Position numbers and translations under genes: made by a program. The notes under the pieces were generated by a model that saw only the letters and a program-made list of their open reading frames with translations, did not search any database and was not told where the DNA came from. Of a stretch of DNA of 64,000 nucleotides, positions 25,972 through 37,420 are shown in pieces (position 1 is the first letter of the stretch; each line of letters opens with the position of its first letter). Origin of the DNA: an uncultured Acidobacteriota bacterium (GTDB taxonomy: Bacteria > Acidobacteriota > Thermoanaerobaculia > UBA5066 > Gp7-AA6); the NCBI GenBank assembly GCA_963764715.1, contig CAVXTP010000014.1, forward strand, positions 128,001-192,000, read 5' to 3'.

Positions 25972-27273
25972 ATGTTGACCCTGCTGACCGCGCCCGTGCT
26001 CGCCGGCCTTCTCGCGGCCCCGACCGCCTCCGCCTCCCCCGTCGTCGTCCCGCTCCCGCAGCTCTACCCCGAGCTCGAGGCGTTCTACGTCGACCTCCAC
26101 CAGAACCCCGAGCTCTCGCTGCACGAGGAGAAGACCTCGGCCAAGCTCGCCGCGAAGCTCGAGGCCCTCGGCTACGAGGTCACCCGGAAAGTCGGCGGCT
26201 TCGGGGTCGTCGCCGTGATGAAGAACGGGAACGGCCCGACGCTCCTGATCCGCGCGGACATGGACGCGCTTCCCGTCGAGGAAAAGACGGGGCTCCCTTA
26301 CGCCAGCCGCGTCATGGCGAAGAACGACGCGGGGGTCGACGTTCCGGTCATGCACGCCTGCGGTCACGACGTCCACATGACCTCGCTCCTCGGCGCGGCC
26401 AGCCTGCTCGCCCGCGCCAGGAAGAGCTGGCGGGGCACGCTCGTGCTCGTCGGCCAGCCGGCCGAAGAGGGCGGCGGTGGAGCCCTGCGCATGGTGAACG
26501 ACAACTTCCTCGGGCGCTTTCCCCGGCCCGACTACGCGATCGCGCTCCACGACACGCCCTCGCTGCCGGCCGGAACGCTCGGCTACACGCCGGGCTTCGC
26601 GCTCGCCGCCGTCGACTCCGTCGACGTCACGGTGTACGGCCGCGGCGGCCACGGCTCCCGGCCCGAGGCGACGGTCGATCCGATCGTGATCTCCGCCCGC
26701 ATCGTCACGGCGCTCCAGACGATCGTGGCCCGGGAGGTCAGCCCCTTCGACGCGGCCGTCGTCACCGTGGGCTCGATCCACGGCGGCACCAAGCACAACA
26801 TCATCCCCGACGAGGTGAATCTGCAGCTGACGGTGCGCTCGTACAAGCCCGAGGTGCGCCGCCGCGTCCTCGCCTCGATCGAGCGCATCGCCCGGGGAGA
26901 GGCCGAGGCGGCCGGCGCCCCGCGGGCGCCCCGCATCGTCGACGAGGGCCACGGCGCGACCTACAACGACCCGGTGCTGACCCGCCGGATCGCGGCGGCG
27001 CTCGCGCGAACGTTCGGCGCCGACCACGTCCGCGAGACGCCGCCGGTCATGGGCGGGGAGGATTTCGGCGAGTTCGGAAAGGCCGCCGCCGCGCCCTCGC
27101 TGATCTTCTGGCTGGGCGCGAGTCCTCCCGCGGCCTGGGCCGCCGCGGCCGGCGACGTGACGAAGCTGCCCTCGCTCCACTCCTCGAACTGGGCCCCCGA
27201 CAAGGAGCCGACGCTGAAGACCGGGGCCTCGGCGCTCGTCGTCGCCGCGATGGAGATCCTGAAGAAGCCCTGA
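25972..27273 (+). CDS. M20D amidohydrolase (hippurate hydrolase-like), secreted
   Basis: LHQNPELS, RADMDALP, MHACGHD, QPAEE, GEDF and LHS. Confidence 0.9.
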   Translation: MLTLLTAPVLAGLLAAPTASASPVVVPLPQLYPELEAFYVDLHQNPELSLHEEKTSAKLAAKLEALGYEVTRKVGGFGVVAVMKNGNGPTLLIRADMDALPVEEKTGLPYASRVMAKNDAGVDVPVMHACGHDVHMTSLLGAASLLARARKSWRGTLVLVGQPAEEGGGGALRMVNDNFLGRFPRPDYAIALHDTPSLPAGTLGYTPGFALAAVDSVDVTVYGRGGHGSRPEATVDPIVISARIVTALQTIVAREVSPFDAAVVTVGSIHGGTKHNIIPDEVNLQLTVRSYKPEVRRRVLASIERIARGEAEAAGAPRAPRIVDEGHGATYNDPVLTRRIAAALARTFGADHVRETPPVMGGEDFGEFGKAAAAPSLIFWLGASPPAAWAAAAGDVTKLPSLHSSNWAPDKEPTLKTGASALVVAAMEILKKP

Positions 27274-27343
27274 CCCTTCCCCGCCGCCCCTGGCCCGCGC
27301 GATTCGGCGGCGCGGCGCAAACCAACCGGGTTAGGATTGCGCC

Positions 27344-29292
<1,949 letters not shown>

Positions 29293-29296
<4 letters not shown>

Positions 29297-30426
29297 GCGG
29301 CCCGGCCCGGAACCGCCCGTTCCTGCGGTGGGCCGCCGCGGGCCTTTTCCTCGGCGCGCTCGCCCGGGCCGCTTCGGGGCAGACGGCGGCGGCGGGGACG
29401 GCGGATCCCGGCCGGGAGCTCGCGATCGGCGTCTTCGAGTCGCCGCCCTGGGCGATGAAGGACGCGAGCGGCCAGTGGCAGGGACTGACCGTCGACCTCT
29501 GGAAGGACCTGGCCACCGACCTCCAGTTTCGCTATCGATTCGTCGAGGCCGGGCCCGACGCCATTCTCGACCAGATCAGTCAGGGCACTTTGGATACCGC
29601 GGCCGCCCCGTACGCCGCGACGGTCGAGCGGGAACGGGAAGTGGACTTCAGCCACGCCTACGCCGCCGCGGGGATCGGCATCGCGATCCTGAGGGTGCGC
29701 GAGGAAGACCGGTGGCTCGGCGTCGTCGAAGCGCTCTCGACGCCGACCGCGATTCGGCTCTACACGGGCATCGTCGCGCTGGTGTTCCTGGCGGGCGCCG
29801 CGCTGTGGCTCCTCGAGCGCCGCCGCAACGCGATGTTCTCGGGTCGCGCCCTCCAGGGCATCGGGTCCGGGTTCTGGTGGGCCGGCGTGACGACGGTCGG
29901 CGTGGGATACGGCGACAAGGTCCCGATCACCTTCTGGGGCCGGCTCGTGGGGCTCTTCTGGATGTTCGTCAGCCTCATCCTGATCACTTCGTTCACCGCG
30001 TTCGTCACGACGAAGCTCGCGCTCTTCGACGTCGCCCGCATCCAGGGGCCCGGCGCGCTGCGGCATGCCGTCGTCGGGACCGTGGAGGGCTCGGCGTCCG
30101 TCGACCTGCTGCGGCGCGAGGAGCTGGCGCACCGCGTCTATCCCGACGTGCCGAGCGCCCTCCAGGCCCTCCTCGCGGGCGACGTCAAGGCCATCGTCTA
30201 CGGCTCGGTCGTACTGCGCTATTACGCCGACCGCGATCCGGGACGGCGGATCGAGGTCCTGCCCGGCCAGATCGAGGCGTTCAACTTCGCGTTTCCGCTG
30301 AAGGACGGCAGCCCGCTGCGCGAGCCCCTCAACGAGGCGCTCCGCCGCGTGCTGAACGAGTCGCACTGGAACGACCTGAAGGACCGTTACCTCGGCAAGG
30401 GCGCCGCCGGGGGCATCGGCCAGTGA
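29293..30426 (+). CDS. GluR0-like ligand-gated ion channel (PBP domain split by a 2TM pore)
   Basis: S1 ligand-binding lobe, TM1, pore [16 protein letters not shown]2 (GRLVGLFWM), then S2 lobe. GTGA-coupled to speA. Confidence 0.82.
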
Positions 30427-30812
30427 CCCGCCGCAACGTCTCGAGCGGCGCCCCCTGGGAGCCGATCGTGGGCTACTCGCGGGCGGTCCGCGTCGGCGAC
30501 GTCGTCCACGTCGCGGGGACGACGGCCACGGGGCCCGACGGCCGCATCGTCGGCCTTGGCGACGCCTACGCCCAGGCCGCGCGGGCGCTCGCCAACATCG
30601 CCTGGGCCCTGGAGAAGGCGGGCGCGCGGATGTCCGACGTCGTGCGCACGCGGATCTACGTCGTCGACATCGCCGACTGGGAGAAGGTCGGCCGGGCGCA
30701 CGGCGAAGTCTTCGGCGACATCCGCCCCGCGGCCACCATGGTCGAGGTCTCGCGGCTCATCGATCCGGAGATGCTCGTCGAGATCGAGGCCGAGGCGATC
30801 GTCGAAGACTAG
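30423..30812 (+). CDS. RidA family protein
   Basis: [23 protein letters not shown] and [11 protein letters not shown]...LVEIEA. Confidence 0.9.
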   Translation: MTRRNVSSGAPWEPIVGYSRAVRVGDVVHVAGTTATGPDGRIVGLGDAYAQAARALANIAWALEKAGARMSDVVRTRIYVVDIADWEKVGRAHGEVFGDIRPAATMVEVSRLIDPEMLVEIEAEAIVED

Positions 30813-31168
30813 GCCGGCGACTCGATCGGCGTGACCGCCGCCTGGTCCTCTTCTCCCGTGCGGATCCGGTAGACCTTCTCGACGGGCAGGACGAAGATCT
30901 TCCCGTCGCCCACCGAGCCCGTGCGCGCGGCACCCACGATCGCCCGCACGGTCCGCTCGACGAAGTGGTCGGAGACGCCGATCTCCAGGCGCACTTTTTC
31001 GGCGAGCTCCATCTTGACGGTCGTTCCGCGATAGGTCTCGACCCTCTCGGTCTCGCCGCCGTGCCCCTCGACGCGGTGGAGCGTCAGGCCCCGCACCTGC
31101 GCCCGGAAGAGCCCCTCGAGAACGTCGGGCAGCTTCTCGGGACGGATGATGGCGACGACGAGCTTCAG
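30809..31168 (-). CDS. glnK: P-II nitrogen regulator (Thermus-like GlnK), probable CTG start
   Basis: [12 protein letters not shown]...YRG...[13 protein letters not shown]....RIRTGE. Lies directly after amtB, with GGAGG 6 nt before a CTG that overlaps the amtB TGA. Confidence 0.88.
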   Translation of the reverse strand: MKLVVAIIRPEKLPDVLEGLFRAQVRGLTLHRVEGHGGETERVETYRGTTVKMELAEKVRLEIGVSDHFVERTVRAIVGAARTGSVGDGKIFVLPVEKVYRIRTGEEDQAAVTPIESPA

Positions 31169-32445
31169 CCGGATCCTCCCTCGGCGGGAGCGGGGACGCC
31201 GAGCGCGGGGCCCGCCGTCTCGGGAAGGACCAGGATCGCACCTTCGCCGCGCGCGTAGGCCTCCTCGCCGTGCTGGGTCACGTCGAGGCCCATGCCCTCG
31301 TCGCGCACCCCGGCGCGCAGGGGCGCAAAGACCCCGATGAGCTTCAGGAGGCCGAAGGTCGCGAGGCCGCTGTAGGCCATCACCGCCAGCACCGAGACCG
31401 CCTGCACGGCGAGTTGACGCGGGTTGCCGAAGAGCAGGCCGTCGGCCGAGCCGTTCCAGGCCTTCTGCGCCAGCACGCCGGTCAGCAGCGCGCCCACCGT
31501 CCCGCCGAGGCCATGCGCCGCGACGACGTCGAGCGAATCGTCCAGCCGCGTCCTGGCGCGCCACAGGAGCGCGAAATAGCTCGGGAAGGCGCCGATCCCG
31601 CCGAGCAGGATCGCCGAGAGCGGGCCGACGTAGCCGGCCGCCGGTGTCACCGCCACGAGGCCCACGACGATCGCCGTCGCGGCGCCGACCGCCGTCGCTC
31701 GGCCGGTGCGCGCCAGGTCGAGCAGCGTCCAGACGACGAGCGTCGCCGTCGGAGCAAAGAGCGTGTTGACGAAGGCGAGCGTCGCGGGGCCGCCGACGCC
31801 GAGCGCGCTTCCCGCATTGAAGCCGAACCAGCCGAACCACAGCAGACCCGCCCCGAGCAGCGTGAACGGCACGTTGTGCGGCAGAATCGCCTGCCGCGCA
31901 TAGTCTTTGCGGGGCCCCAGCACGAATGCCGCGACGAGGGCGGCCGCGCCCGCGTTCACGTGGACGACCGTCCCGCCCGCGAAGTCGAGGGCGCCGAGCC
32001 GCCCGAGGAACCCGCCGCCCCAGACCCAGTGCGCGACGGGCGCGTAGACGAGAAGGCCCCAGAGCGTCAGGAACGCGAGATAGGGACCGAAGCGCATCCG
32101 CTCGACGATTGCGCCCGAGATCAGGGCCGCCGTGACGATCGCGAAGGTCCCCTGGAAGGCCATGAACAGCAGGTGCGGGATCGTTCCCTGGAGCTCGAGT
32201 CCGACGCCCGAGAGCAGGGCACGCGAGAGGCCCCCGGACCAGCCCGAGCCCGGGCCGAACGCGATCGAGTAGCCGAGAAGCGCCCAGGAGACGCCGACGA
32301 AACCGAGCGACACGACGCTCATCATCATCGTGTTGAGGGCGTTCTTCGAGCGCACGAGGCCCCCGTAGAAGAAGCCGAGGGCCGGGGTCATGAGGAGCAC
32401 GAGGGCCGTGGAGACGAGCAGCCAGGCGGTGTCGGCCTTGTCCAC
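31165..32445 (-). CDS. amtB: Ammonium transporter
   Basis: LMTPALGFFYGG, FQGTFA, DFAGGTVVH, LLWFGWFGFNAGS and DDSLDV...HG. Confidence 0.95.
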   Translation of the reverse strand: MDKADTAWLLVSTALVLLMTPALGFFYGGLVRSKNALNTMMMSVVSLGFVGVSWALLGYSIAFGPGSGWSGGLSRALLSGVGLELQGTIPHLLFMAFQGTFAIVTAALISGAIVERMRFGPYLAFLTLWGLLVYAPVAHWVWGGGFLGRLGALDFAGGTVVHVNAGAAALVAAFVLGPRKDYARQAILPHNVPFTLLGAGLLWFGWFGFNAGSALGVGGPATLAFVNTLFAPTATLVVWTLLDLARTGRATAVGAATAIVVGLVAVTPAAGYVGPLSAILLGGIGAFPSYFALLWRARTRLDDSLDVVAAHGLGGTVGALLTGVLAQKAWNGSADGLLFGNPRQLAVQAVSVLAVMAYSGLATFGLLKLIGVFAPLRAGVRDEGMGLDVTQHGEEAYARGEGAILVLPETAGPALGVPAPAEGGSG

Positions 32446-32486
32446 GGAGCTCGAGGTTACCAGCCCTCCGGCAGGCCTGACAACCT

Positions 32487-32582
32487 AAATCTGTAAAACA
32501 TGCAGATTTCAGCCATCAAGGTGGCGTCTTGAACGCCATTTCGAGCTCCTTGACGGCCGAAATCTGCAGATCGTGCAGGTTT
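32487..32582. promoter_or_regulatory. Nested inverted repeats / two operator-like palindromes upstream of amtB
   Basis: AAATCTGtaaaacatgCAGATTT and AAATCTGCAgatcgTGCAGGTTT. Outer arms 32501-32521 and 32548-32568 are complementary at 19 of 21 positions. Confidence 0.55.
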
Positions 32583-32588
32583 TCCAGA

Positions 32589-34553
32589 TCAGTCCTTCAG
32601 CAGGAACTCCTTCATGAAGAGGACGGACGCGTAGAACTGATAGTCGCGATTGGATTTCTTGGCGAACCCGTGGCCCTCGTCCTTCGCCATCAGGTACCAG
32701 ACGGGCGTGCCGACGCCCCGGATCTTCTGGACCATCTGGACCGACTCGGACATCGGCACGCGCGGGTCGTTGGCGCCCTGGATCACGAACAGGGGCTTGC
32801 GGATCTTCTCGGCGTTGTTCATCGGCGCGGTCTTCTCGAGGAACGCGCGCATCTTCGCGTCGCGCTCGTCGCCGTACTCGACGCGGCGCAGGTCCCGCCG
32901 GTAGCCCGAGGTGTTCTGGAGGAACGTCACGAAGTTCGAGGGCCCGACGACGTCGAGGGCGCACCGGATCCGGTCGCTGTACAGGTAGGCCACGGCGAGG
33001 GTCATGTGGCCGCCATAGCTGCCGCCTCCGACGAGCACCCGGCCGGCGTCGAGGTCCGGGCGCGCCGCGATCCAGTCGAAGAGCGCGCCGATGTCCTTGT
33101 AGGCGCCCTCGCGCAGGAAGCCGTTGTCCATCTGCAGGAAGGTCTTCCCGTAGCCCGAGGAGCCCCGGATGTTCGGCAGGATCAAGGCGACACCCAGCTC
33201 GTTGACGACGTAGTTCCAGATGCCGATGAAGTCGGGCCGCGACTGCCCCTCCGGGCCGCCGTGGATCTCGATCGTCACGGGACGTTTGCCCGGGAACTTT
33301 TTCGAGTCCGGCCGATAGAGGAACCCCGTGATGTCGCGGCCGTCGAAGCTCTTCCAGGACACGAGCTCCGGCTCGGCGAAGGTCTCGGGGTTGAGGCCTC
33401 CGAGCTCGCTGTACGTCCACCGCTCGACCTTCCCGGTCTTCAGGTCCCACGAGTAGGCGTCGGAGTTGGCACGCGCGGTCTCCATCGTGAATCCGATCGC
33501 GCCGCCGTCCCGGTGCCACTTCACGTTCCCGATGGTGCCGAGCGGAAGCTTCGGCCCCGGCAGCTCCCGGCGGCTCGCCGTGTCGAGCAACCGGAGAATC
33601 GAGACGCCCTTCTCGTTGGTCACGTAGGCCAGCCGGCTCCCATCGAGAGACAGGTCGAAGTCCTCGACGTCCGCCGTGTCCCCGGTCAGGAACTCCGTCT
33701 TCTTCGTGGCGAGGTCCATGTAAGCGAGCCGCTGGAACTCGGAGCCGGCGTCGACGGTGACGTAGAGCCCCTTCCCGTCCCGGGCGAAGGCCGCGTTTCC
33801 GTACGCCACCTTGTCCTTGCCCTTCGGCGTCAGCAGCGTCTTCGCGCCGGTCGCGAGGTCGGCGAGCCACAGGTAGGTCTCGTTGATCGAGATGGCCTCG
33901 GCGAGGAGGAGCTTCGAGTCGTCCGGCGACCAGTCGGCGACCTCCCATCCTCCGCCCGTAAGCTCGACGACGCGCCGGTCCGTCTTCGGGTCCCTCACCG
34001 CGACGACGTAGACGTCGACGTCGTTGCCGGTGCGACGCGTCGAGCCGTACGCGATGCGGTCGCCGCCGTTCGACCAGCGGGCGCCGGTGTTGCGCGACTT
34101 GCCGTCGGTCAGGAGCGTCACGCTCCCGTCGGCGAAGTCGTAGCGGTAGAACTGAAAGAACTCGCTGCCCCCGATGTCTTTCGAGAAGATGAAGGACTCG
34201 CCGGTCTTCGGGTCGAAGCGCGCGCCGCCGACGCGGTCCGGGTAGAAGGTCATCTGCGTGCGGGCCCCGCCGGGGAACTTGACGAGATGGGCCTGGGCGA
34301 CGTTTCCGAAACGGGTGGAGATCAACATCTCCCGGCGGGTCGGGTGCCAGCCGGTGAATCCGGCCGACCGGAACTCGGTGTAACGACCGACCTCCTCCGC
34401 GAGGGAGGCCGGGATCGGCGGGACGCCCTCGGCGACGAGGCTTTCCGGCATCGGCACGACCGCCGGGGCGGCGGATGCGGGCGGGGCCGTCTGGCCCAGG
34501 GCGAACGGCGAGACCAGCAGGGCGAGAAGGGCGAAACGAGCGCGAAGCGACAC
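32589..34553 (-). CDS. S9 family (prolyl oligopeptidase/acylaminoacyl peptidase) secreted peptidase
   Basis: Beta-propeller, then IHGGPE, GGSYGG (catalytic Ser), NDPRV and DEGHGF. Confidence 0.92.
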   Translation of the reverse strand: MSLRARFALLALLVSPFALGQTAPPASAAPAVVPMPESLVAEGVPPIPASLAEEVGRYTEFRSAGFTGWHPTRREMLISTRFGNVAQAHLVKFPGGARTQMTFYPDRVGGARFDPKTGESFIFSKDIGGSEFFQFYRYDFADGSVTLLTDGKSRNTGARWSNGGDRIAYGSTRRTGNDVDVYVVAVRDPKTDRRVVELTGGGWEVADWSPDDSKLLLAEAISINETYLWLADLATGAKTLLTPKGKDKVAYGNAAFARDGKGLYVTVDAGSEFQRLAYMDLATKKTEFLTGDTADVEDFDLSLDGSRLAYVTNEKGVSILRLLDTASRRELPGPKLPLGTIGNVKWHRDGGAIGFTMETARANSDAYSWDLKTGKVERWTYSELGGLNPETFAEPELVSWKSFDGRDITGFLYRPDSKKFPGKRPVTIEIHGGPEGQSRPDFIGIWNYVVNELGVALILPNIRGSSGYGKTFLQMDNGFLREGAYKDIGALFDWIAARPDLDAGRVLVGGGSYGGHMTLAVAYLYSDRIRCALDVVGPSNFVTFLQNTSGYRRDLRRVEYGDERDAKMRAFLEKTAPMNNAEKIRKPLFVIQGANDPRVPMSESVQMVQKIRGVGTPVWYLMAKDEGHGFAKKSNRDYQFYASVLFMKEFLLKD

Positions 34554-34596
34554 GGCGGTCCCCCTTTCCGAAACGAAACGCGTTCTTCTGGACCTC

Positions 34597-34622
34597 TACG
34601 CCGGGCGACCCCCGAAAGTTCC
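34597..34622 (-). promoter_or_regulatory. Putative ECF sigma promoter
   Basis: GGAACT-N16-CGTA upstream of the S9 peptidase. Confidence 0.5.
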
Positions 34623-34639
34623 GGGACCGCCGGGACGGC

Positions 34640-35704
34640 TCACGGCGCGGCCGGGGTCGGGGACCAGTCCCCGAACGGCACCAGCGTCGGCCCCACCACG
34701 TGACAGTCGTCGAGGTCGCCCCCGTCATGGTAGGCGCCGGTCCGGTACCAGAGCACCAGGTCCGTCGCCAGCCCCTCCGGAGGGTTGAGGTAGTTGTTGA
34801 ACTTGATCGCGCAGGCCGGCCCCGACTGGCCCGAATCGTCGATCTCGTTCGCGTTGTACTTGAGGACCCACACGTCGCCGACCGAGAACGAGTCGGCCGG
34901 CAGCGCCGTCTCCGCGCCGGGCACCAGCCGATAGCCCCGCCGGGTCGTCGAGTCCGCGACCGACCAGACGATCCCGGGCTTGTTGGTCCGGCGCAGCGCC
35001 TCGGTCGGAAGGTTGATCGTCGGGTATCGCGGGCCGGGCCGGCCGTCCTCGGACGGATTCGGCCCCTCGGTCACGACGTCCCCGCCCGGGCCGTCGATGT
35101 CGAAGTCGAAGCGCCAGTAGGCGTGGTGCAGGTGCGTGAAGGCGATGCAGGAGTCGGCGACCGCCGCGAAGCCCATCGTGGGTTCGATCCTCCCGTCGAG
35201 GTGGAACTTCCACTTCATGATGTAGCGGTACCACCCGGCCTCGGCCTGCGTCGTCAGGATGAGCACGTCGGGGAGCTTCTCGGCGGCGACGCCCGTGAAG
35301 CTGCCGATGTCGCCCCCCGAGCCGCCGACGTCGCACACCGTCAGCGGCGGCACGGTCGGCTCGGAGTAGCCCGGCGAGATGACGTTGTCGGACTGGAAGC
35401 GGGTCTCCTGGTACATCCAGTCGCGGAAGCAGCCGCAGCCGCCCGGCAGGTACAGGACGTTCAGGATCGGAATGTGGGCCCGCTTCAGGACGAGGTGGCC
35501 GTTGTAGTAGACGTTGCGCAGCTCGAGGCCCGAGCCGCGGGTGCCGCTGCTGTCCGCCGGACGGAGCCAGCAGAACTGCCACACCGGATTCGCGTCCGGC
35601 CAGGACATCAGGTGCTCGGTTCCGGAGCAGGCGGGCTGCGCCTCGACCGGCCGGGCCGCGAGCGCGAGCCCGAGGAGGACGAGCGGGGCGAGGCGGCGGA
35701 GCAT
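34640..35704 (-). CDS. Secreted copper amine oxidase D4-like protein, copy 2
   Basis: Signal peptide MLRRLAPL. AGWYRY...W.FH.DGRI, HLHHAYWRFDFDIDG and DLVLWYRTGAYH. Eight Cys. Confidence 0.72.
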   Translation of the reverse strand: MLRRLAPLVLLGLALAARPVEAQPACSGTEHLMSWPDANPVWQFCWLRPADSSGTRGSGLELRNVYYNGHLVLKRAHIPILNVLYLPGGCGCFRDWMYQETRFQSDNVISPGYSEPTVPPLTVCDVGGSGGDIGSFTGVAAEKLPDVLILTTQAEAGWYRYIMKWKFHLDGRIEPTMGFAAVADSCIAFTHLHHAYWRFDFDIDGPGGDVVTEGPNPSEDGRPGPRYPTINLPTEALRRTNKPGIVWSVADSTTRRGYRLVPGAETALPADSFSVGDVWVLKYNANEIDDSGQSGPACAIKFNNYLNPPEGLATDLVLWYRTGAYHDGGDLDDCHVVGPTLVPFGDWSPTPAAP

Positions 35705-35706
35705 CG

Positions 35707-36261
35707 TCACGGATGCGCCCCCGTCGGGACGTACACGGGGTACGCGATCTCGCGCTTGACGAGGTCGACGACGGTCCAGCGCACCAGTCCCTCCCGGTCC
35801 GGAGACAGGAGCTGGATCTGGAGGCACCGGCTGCCCGGCCCGCAACGCCGGCCGCGGCCCTCTTCGAGGATGAACCCCCCCTCGAGGACCGCGTTCTTGC
35901 GCGCGACGATGCGGCCGAGCTCCGCGTCGCGCCGCACGAGGTCGCCGGCCTCGGCGATCTCCTCCGGGGAGGGGCTCGGCTGGCTCTGCTTGATGTCGCG
36001 CGTGCCGTAGATCCGCGCGTCGGCGCCGGAGGAGTAGCGCTCCTGCGCGAAGCCCCTCGTATAGTCGAACACGAGCTCCACGTGGCGAATGTAGTCGCGG
36101 CCGTTGGGCGCCTTGACCGTCTCGTCCCAGCTCCGGAGCAGCCGCACCGGACGGGACGTCGCGGTCACCCCGCCGCTCTCGGCCTGGGCCGAGGCCGCCG
36201 CGAGCGCCCCGACGACCGCCAGCAACCGAGCCGCAACGTCCCGCCGCAGGGCCACCTTCAT
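35707..36261 (-). CDS. Secreted partner protein (amine oxidase D3-like), copy 2
   Basis: Signal peptide. QPSPSPEEIAEAGDLVRRD.EL, CGPGSRCL and VVDLVK. Paralog of 37417-37947. Confidence 0.65.
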   Translation of the reverse strand: MKVALRRDVAARLLAVVGALAAASAQAESGGVTATSRPVRLLRSWDETVKAPNGRDYIRHVELVFDYTRGFAQERYSSGADARIYGTRDIKQSQPSPSPEEIAEAGDLVRRDAELGRIVARKNAVLEGGFILEEGRGRRCGPGSRCLQIQLLSPDREGLVRWTVVDLVKREIAYPVYVPTGAHP

Positions 36262-36337
36262 TGTCGTGATTCCCGAAATCCTAGCAGACCCCGCCGGCCC
36301 CCGGCGACCGGCGGGATCCGGGGCCGCGGCCGCCCCG

Positions 36338-37420
36338 CTACCAGGTGCCGATCGGCTCGAAGGTCGGACCGACCGTGTGGCAGTCGTCGAGGTCCCCTCC
36401 CAGGTGGAGGGCGCCCGTGCGGTACCAGAGCACGGTGTCGAGGGCGAGCGACTCGCCGTTGAGATAACCGCTGAGCTTGACCGCGCACGCCGGACCGGGC
36501 TGTCCGGCGTCGTCCAGCTCCTGCGCCTTGTACTTCAGCAGCCACACGTCCCCGACGCTGAAGTTGTCCGCGGGCAGCTCCGCTTCCGTTCCGGGGACGA
36601 GCCGGTAACCGCGGCCCGTCCGGGAGTCGACGATCGACCACCACAGCGCGGGATCGTCGTTGAGCCGCATCGCCTCGGTGTCGATGACGCCCTTGCCGAC
36701 GCCCTCCGGGCCCTCGGTGACGACGTCCTCATCCGGACCGTCGATGTCGAAGTCGAGGCGCCAGTACGCGTTGTGGCGGTGCGTGTTGGCGACGCATGCG
36801 TTCGCGACCGCCGAGTAACCCATGGTCGGCTGGATGCGGCCGTCGAGGAAGAAGGTCCACTTCATCTCGTAGCGATACCAGCCCGCCATGGCCTGGGTCG
36901 TCAGGATCAGCCGGTCCGCGAGCTTCTCGGCCGCCACCCCCTGGAAGCAGACCCGGTTGCAGGGGTCCACGTCCGTCGCGGGACAGACGTCGACGCCGAG
37001 GTGCTGCTCGCAGACCGTGATCGGAGGACAGGCGGGCTCGGCGTATCCGCAGCCGGCGGTCAAGGGCGGCGGACAGGGGTTGTCGACCAGAAAGGGCTGC
37101 TCGGTGTAGAGCCAGTCGCGGTAGCAGTGGTTCGCCCCGCCGCAGCTTCCGACGTCGTACTGGACGTTGAGGATCGGCACGTGACCGCGCTTGAGCACGA
37201 GGTGGCCCTTGTAGTAGACCTCCCGAATCTCGATCCCGGAGCCGTTGGTGGCGCTCGACTGGGCCGGCCGGACCCAGCAGAAGTCCCACACCGGGTCCGC
37301 CGTCGGCCAGGCCATCCAGTGCTCGTTCGGACCGACGCAGCGCGCCCTCGCGACGGCGGCGGACGCGGGCTCCGCGGCCGCCGCGAGAACGAGAGCGAGC
37401 AGCAGAAGGCGGGCCTTCAC
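36338..37420 (-). CDS. Secreted copper amine oxidase D4-like protein, copy 1
   Basis: Signal peptide. AGWYRY, HRHNAYWRLDFDIDG and VLWYRTGALH. Fourteen Cys. Confidence 0.72.
   Translation of the reverse strand: MKARLLLLALVLAAAAEPASAAVARARCVGPNEHWMAWPTADPVWDFCWVRPAQSSATNGSGIEIREVYYKGHLVLKRGHVPILNVQYDVGSCGGANHCYRDWLYTEQPFLVDNPCPPPLTAGCGYAEPACPPITVCEQHLGVDVCPATDVDPCNRVCFQGVAAEKLADRLILTTQAMAGWYRYEMKWTFFLDGRIQPTMGYSAVANACVANTHRHNAYWRLDFDIDGPDEDVVTEGPEGVGKGVIDTEAMRLNDDPALWWSIVDSRTGRGYRLVPGTEAELPADNFSVGDVWLLKYKAQELDDAGQPGPACAVKLSGYLNGESLALDTVLWYRTGALHLGGDLDDCHTVGPTFEPIGTW

Noticed and set aside
32520-32540. Sigma54 promoter for amtB (GG-N10-GC)
   Set aside because: The spacing arises on both strands from a small palindrome, and the -12 context (ACGC) is poor.
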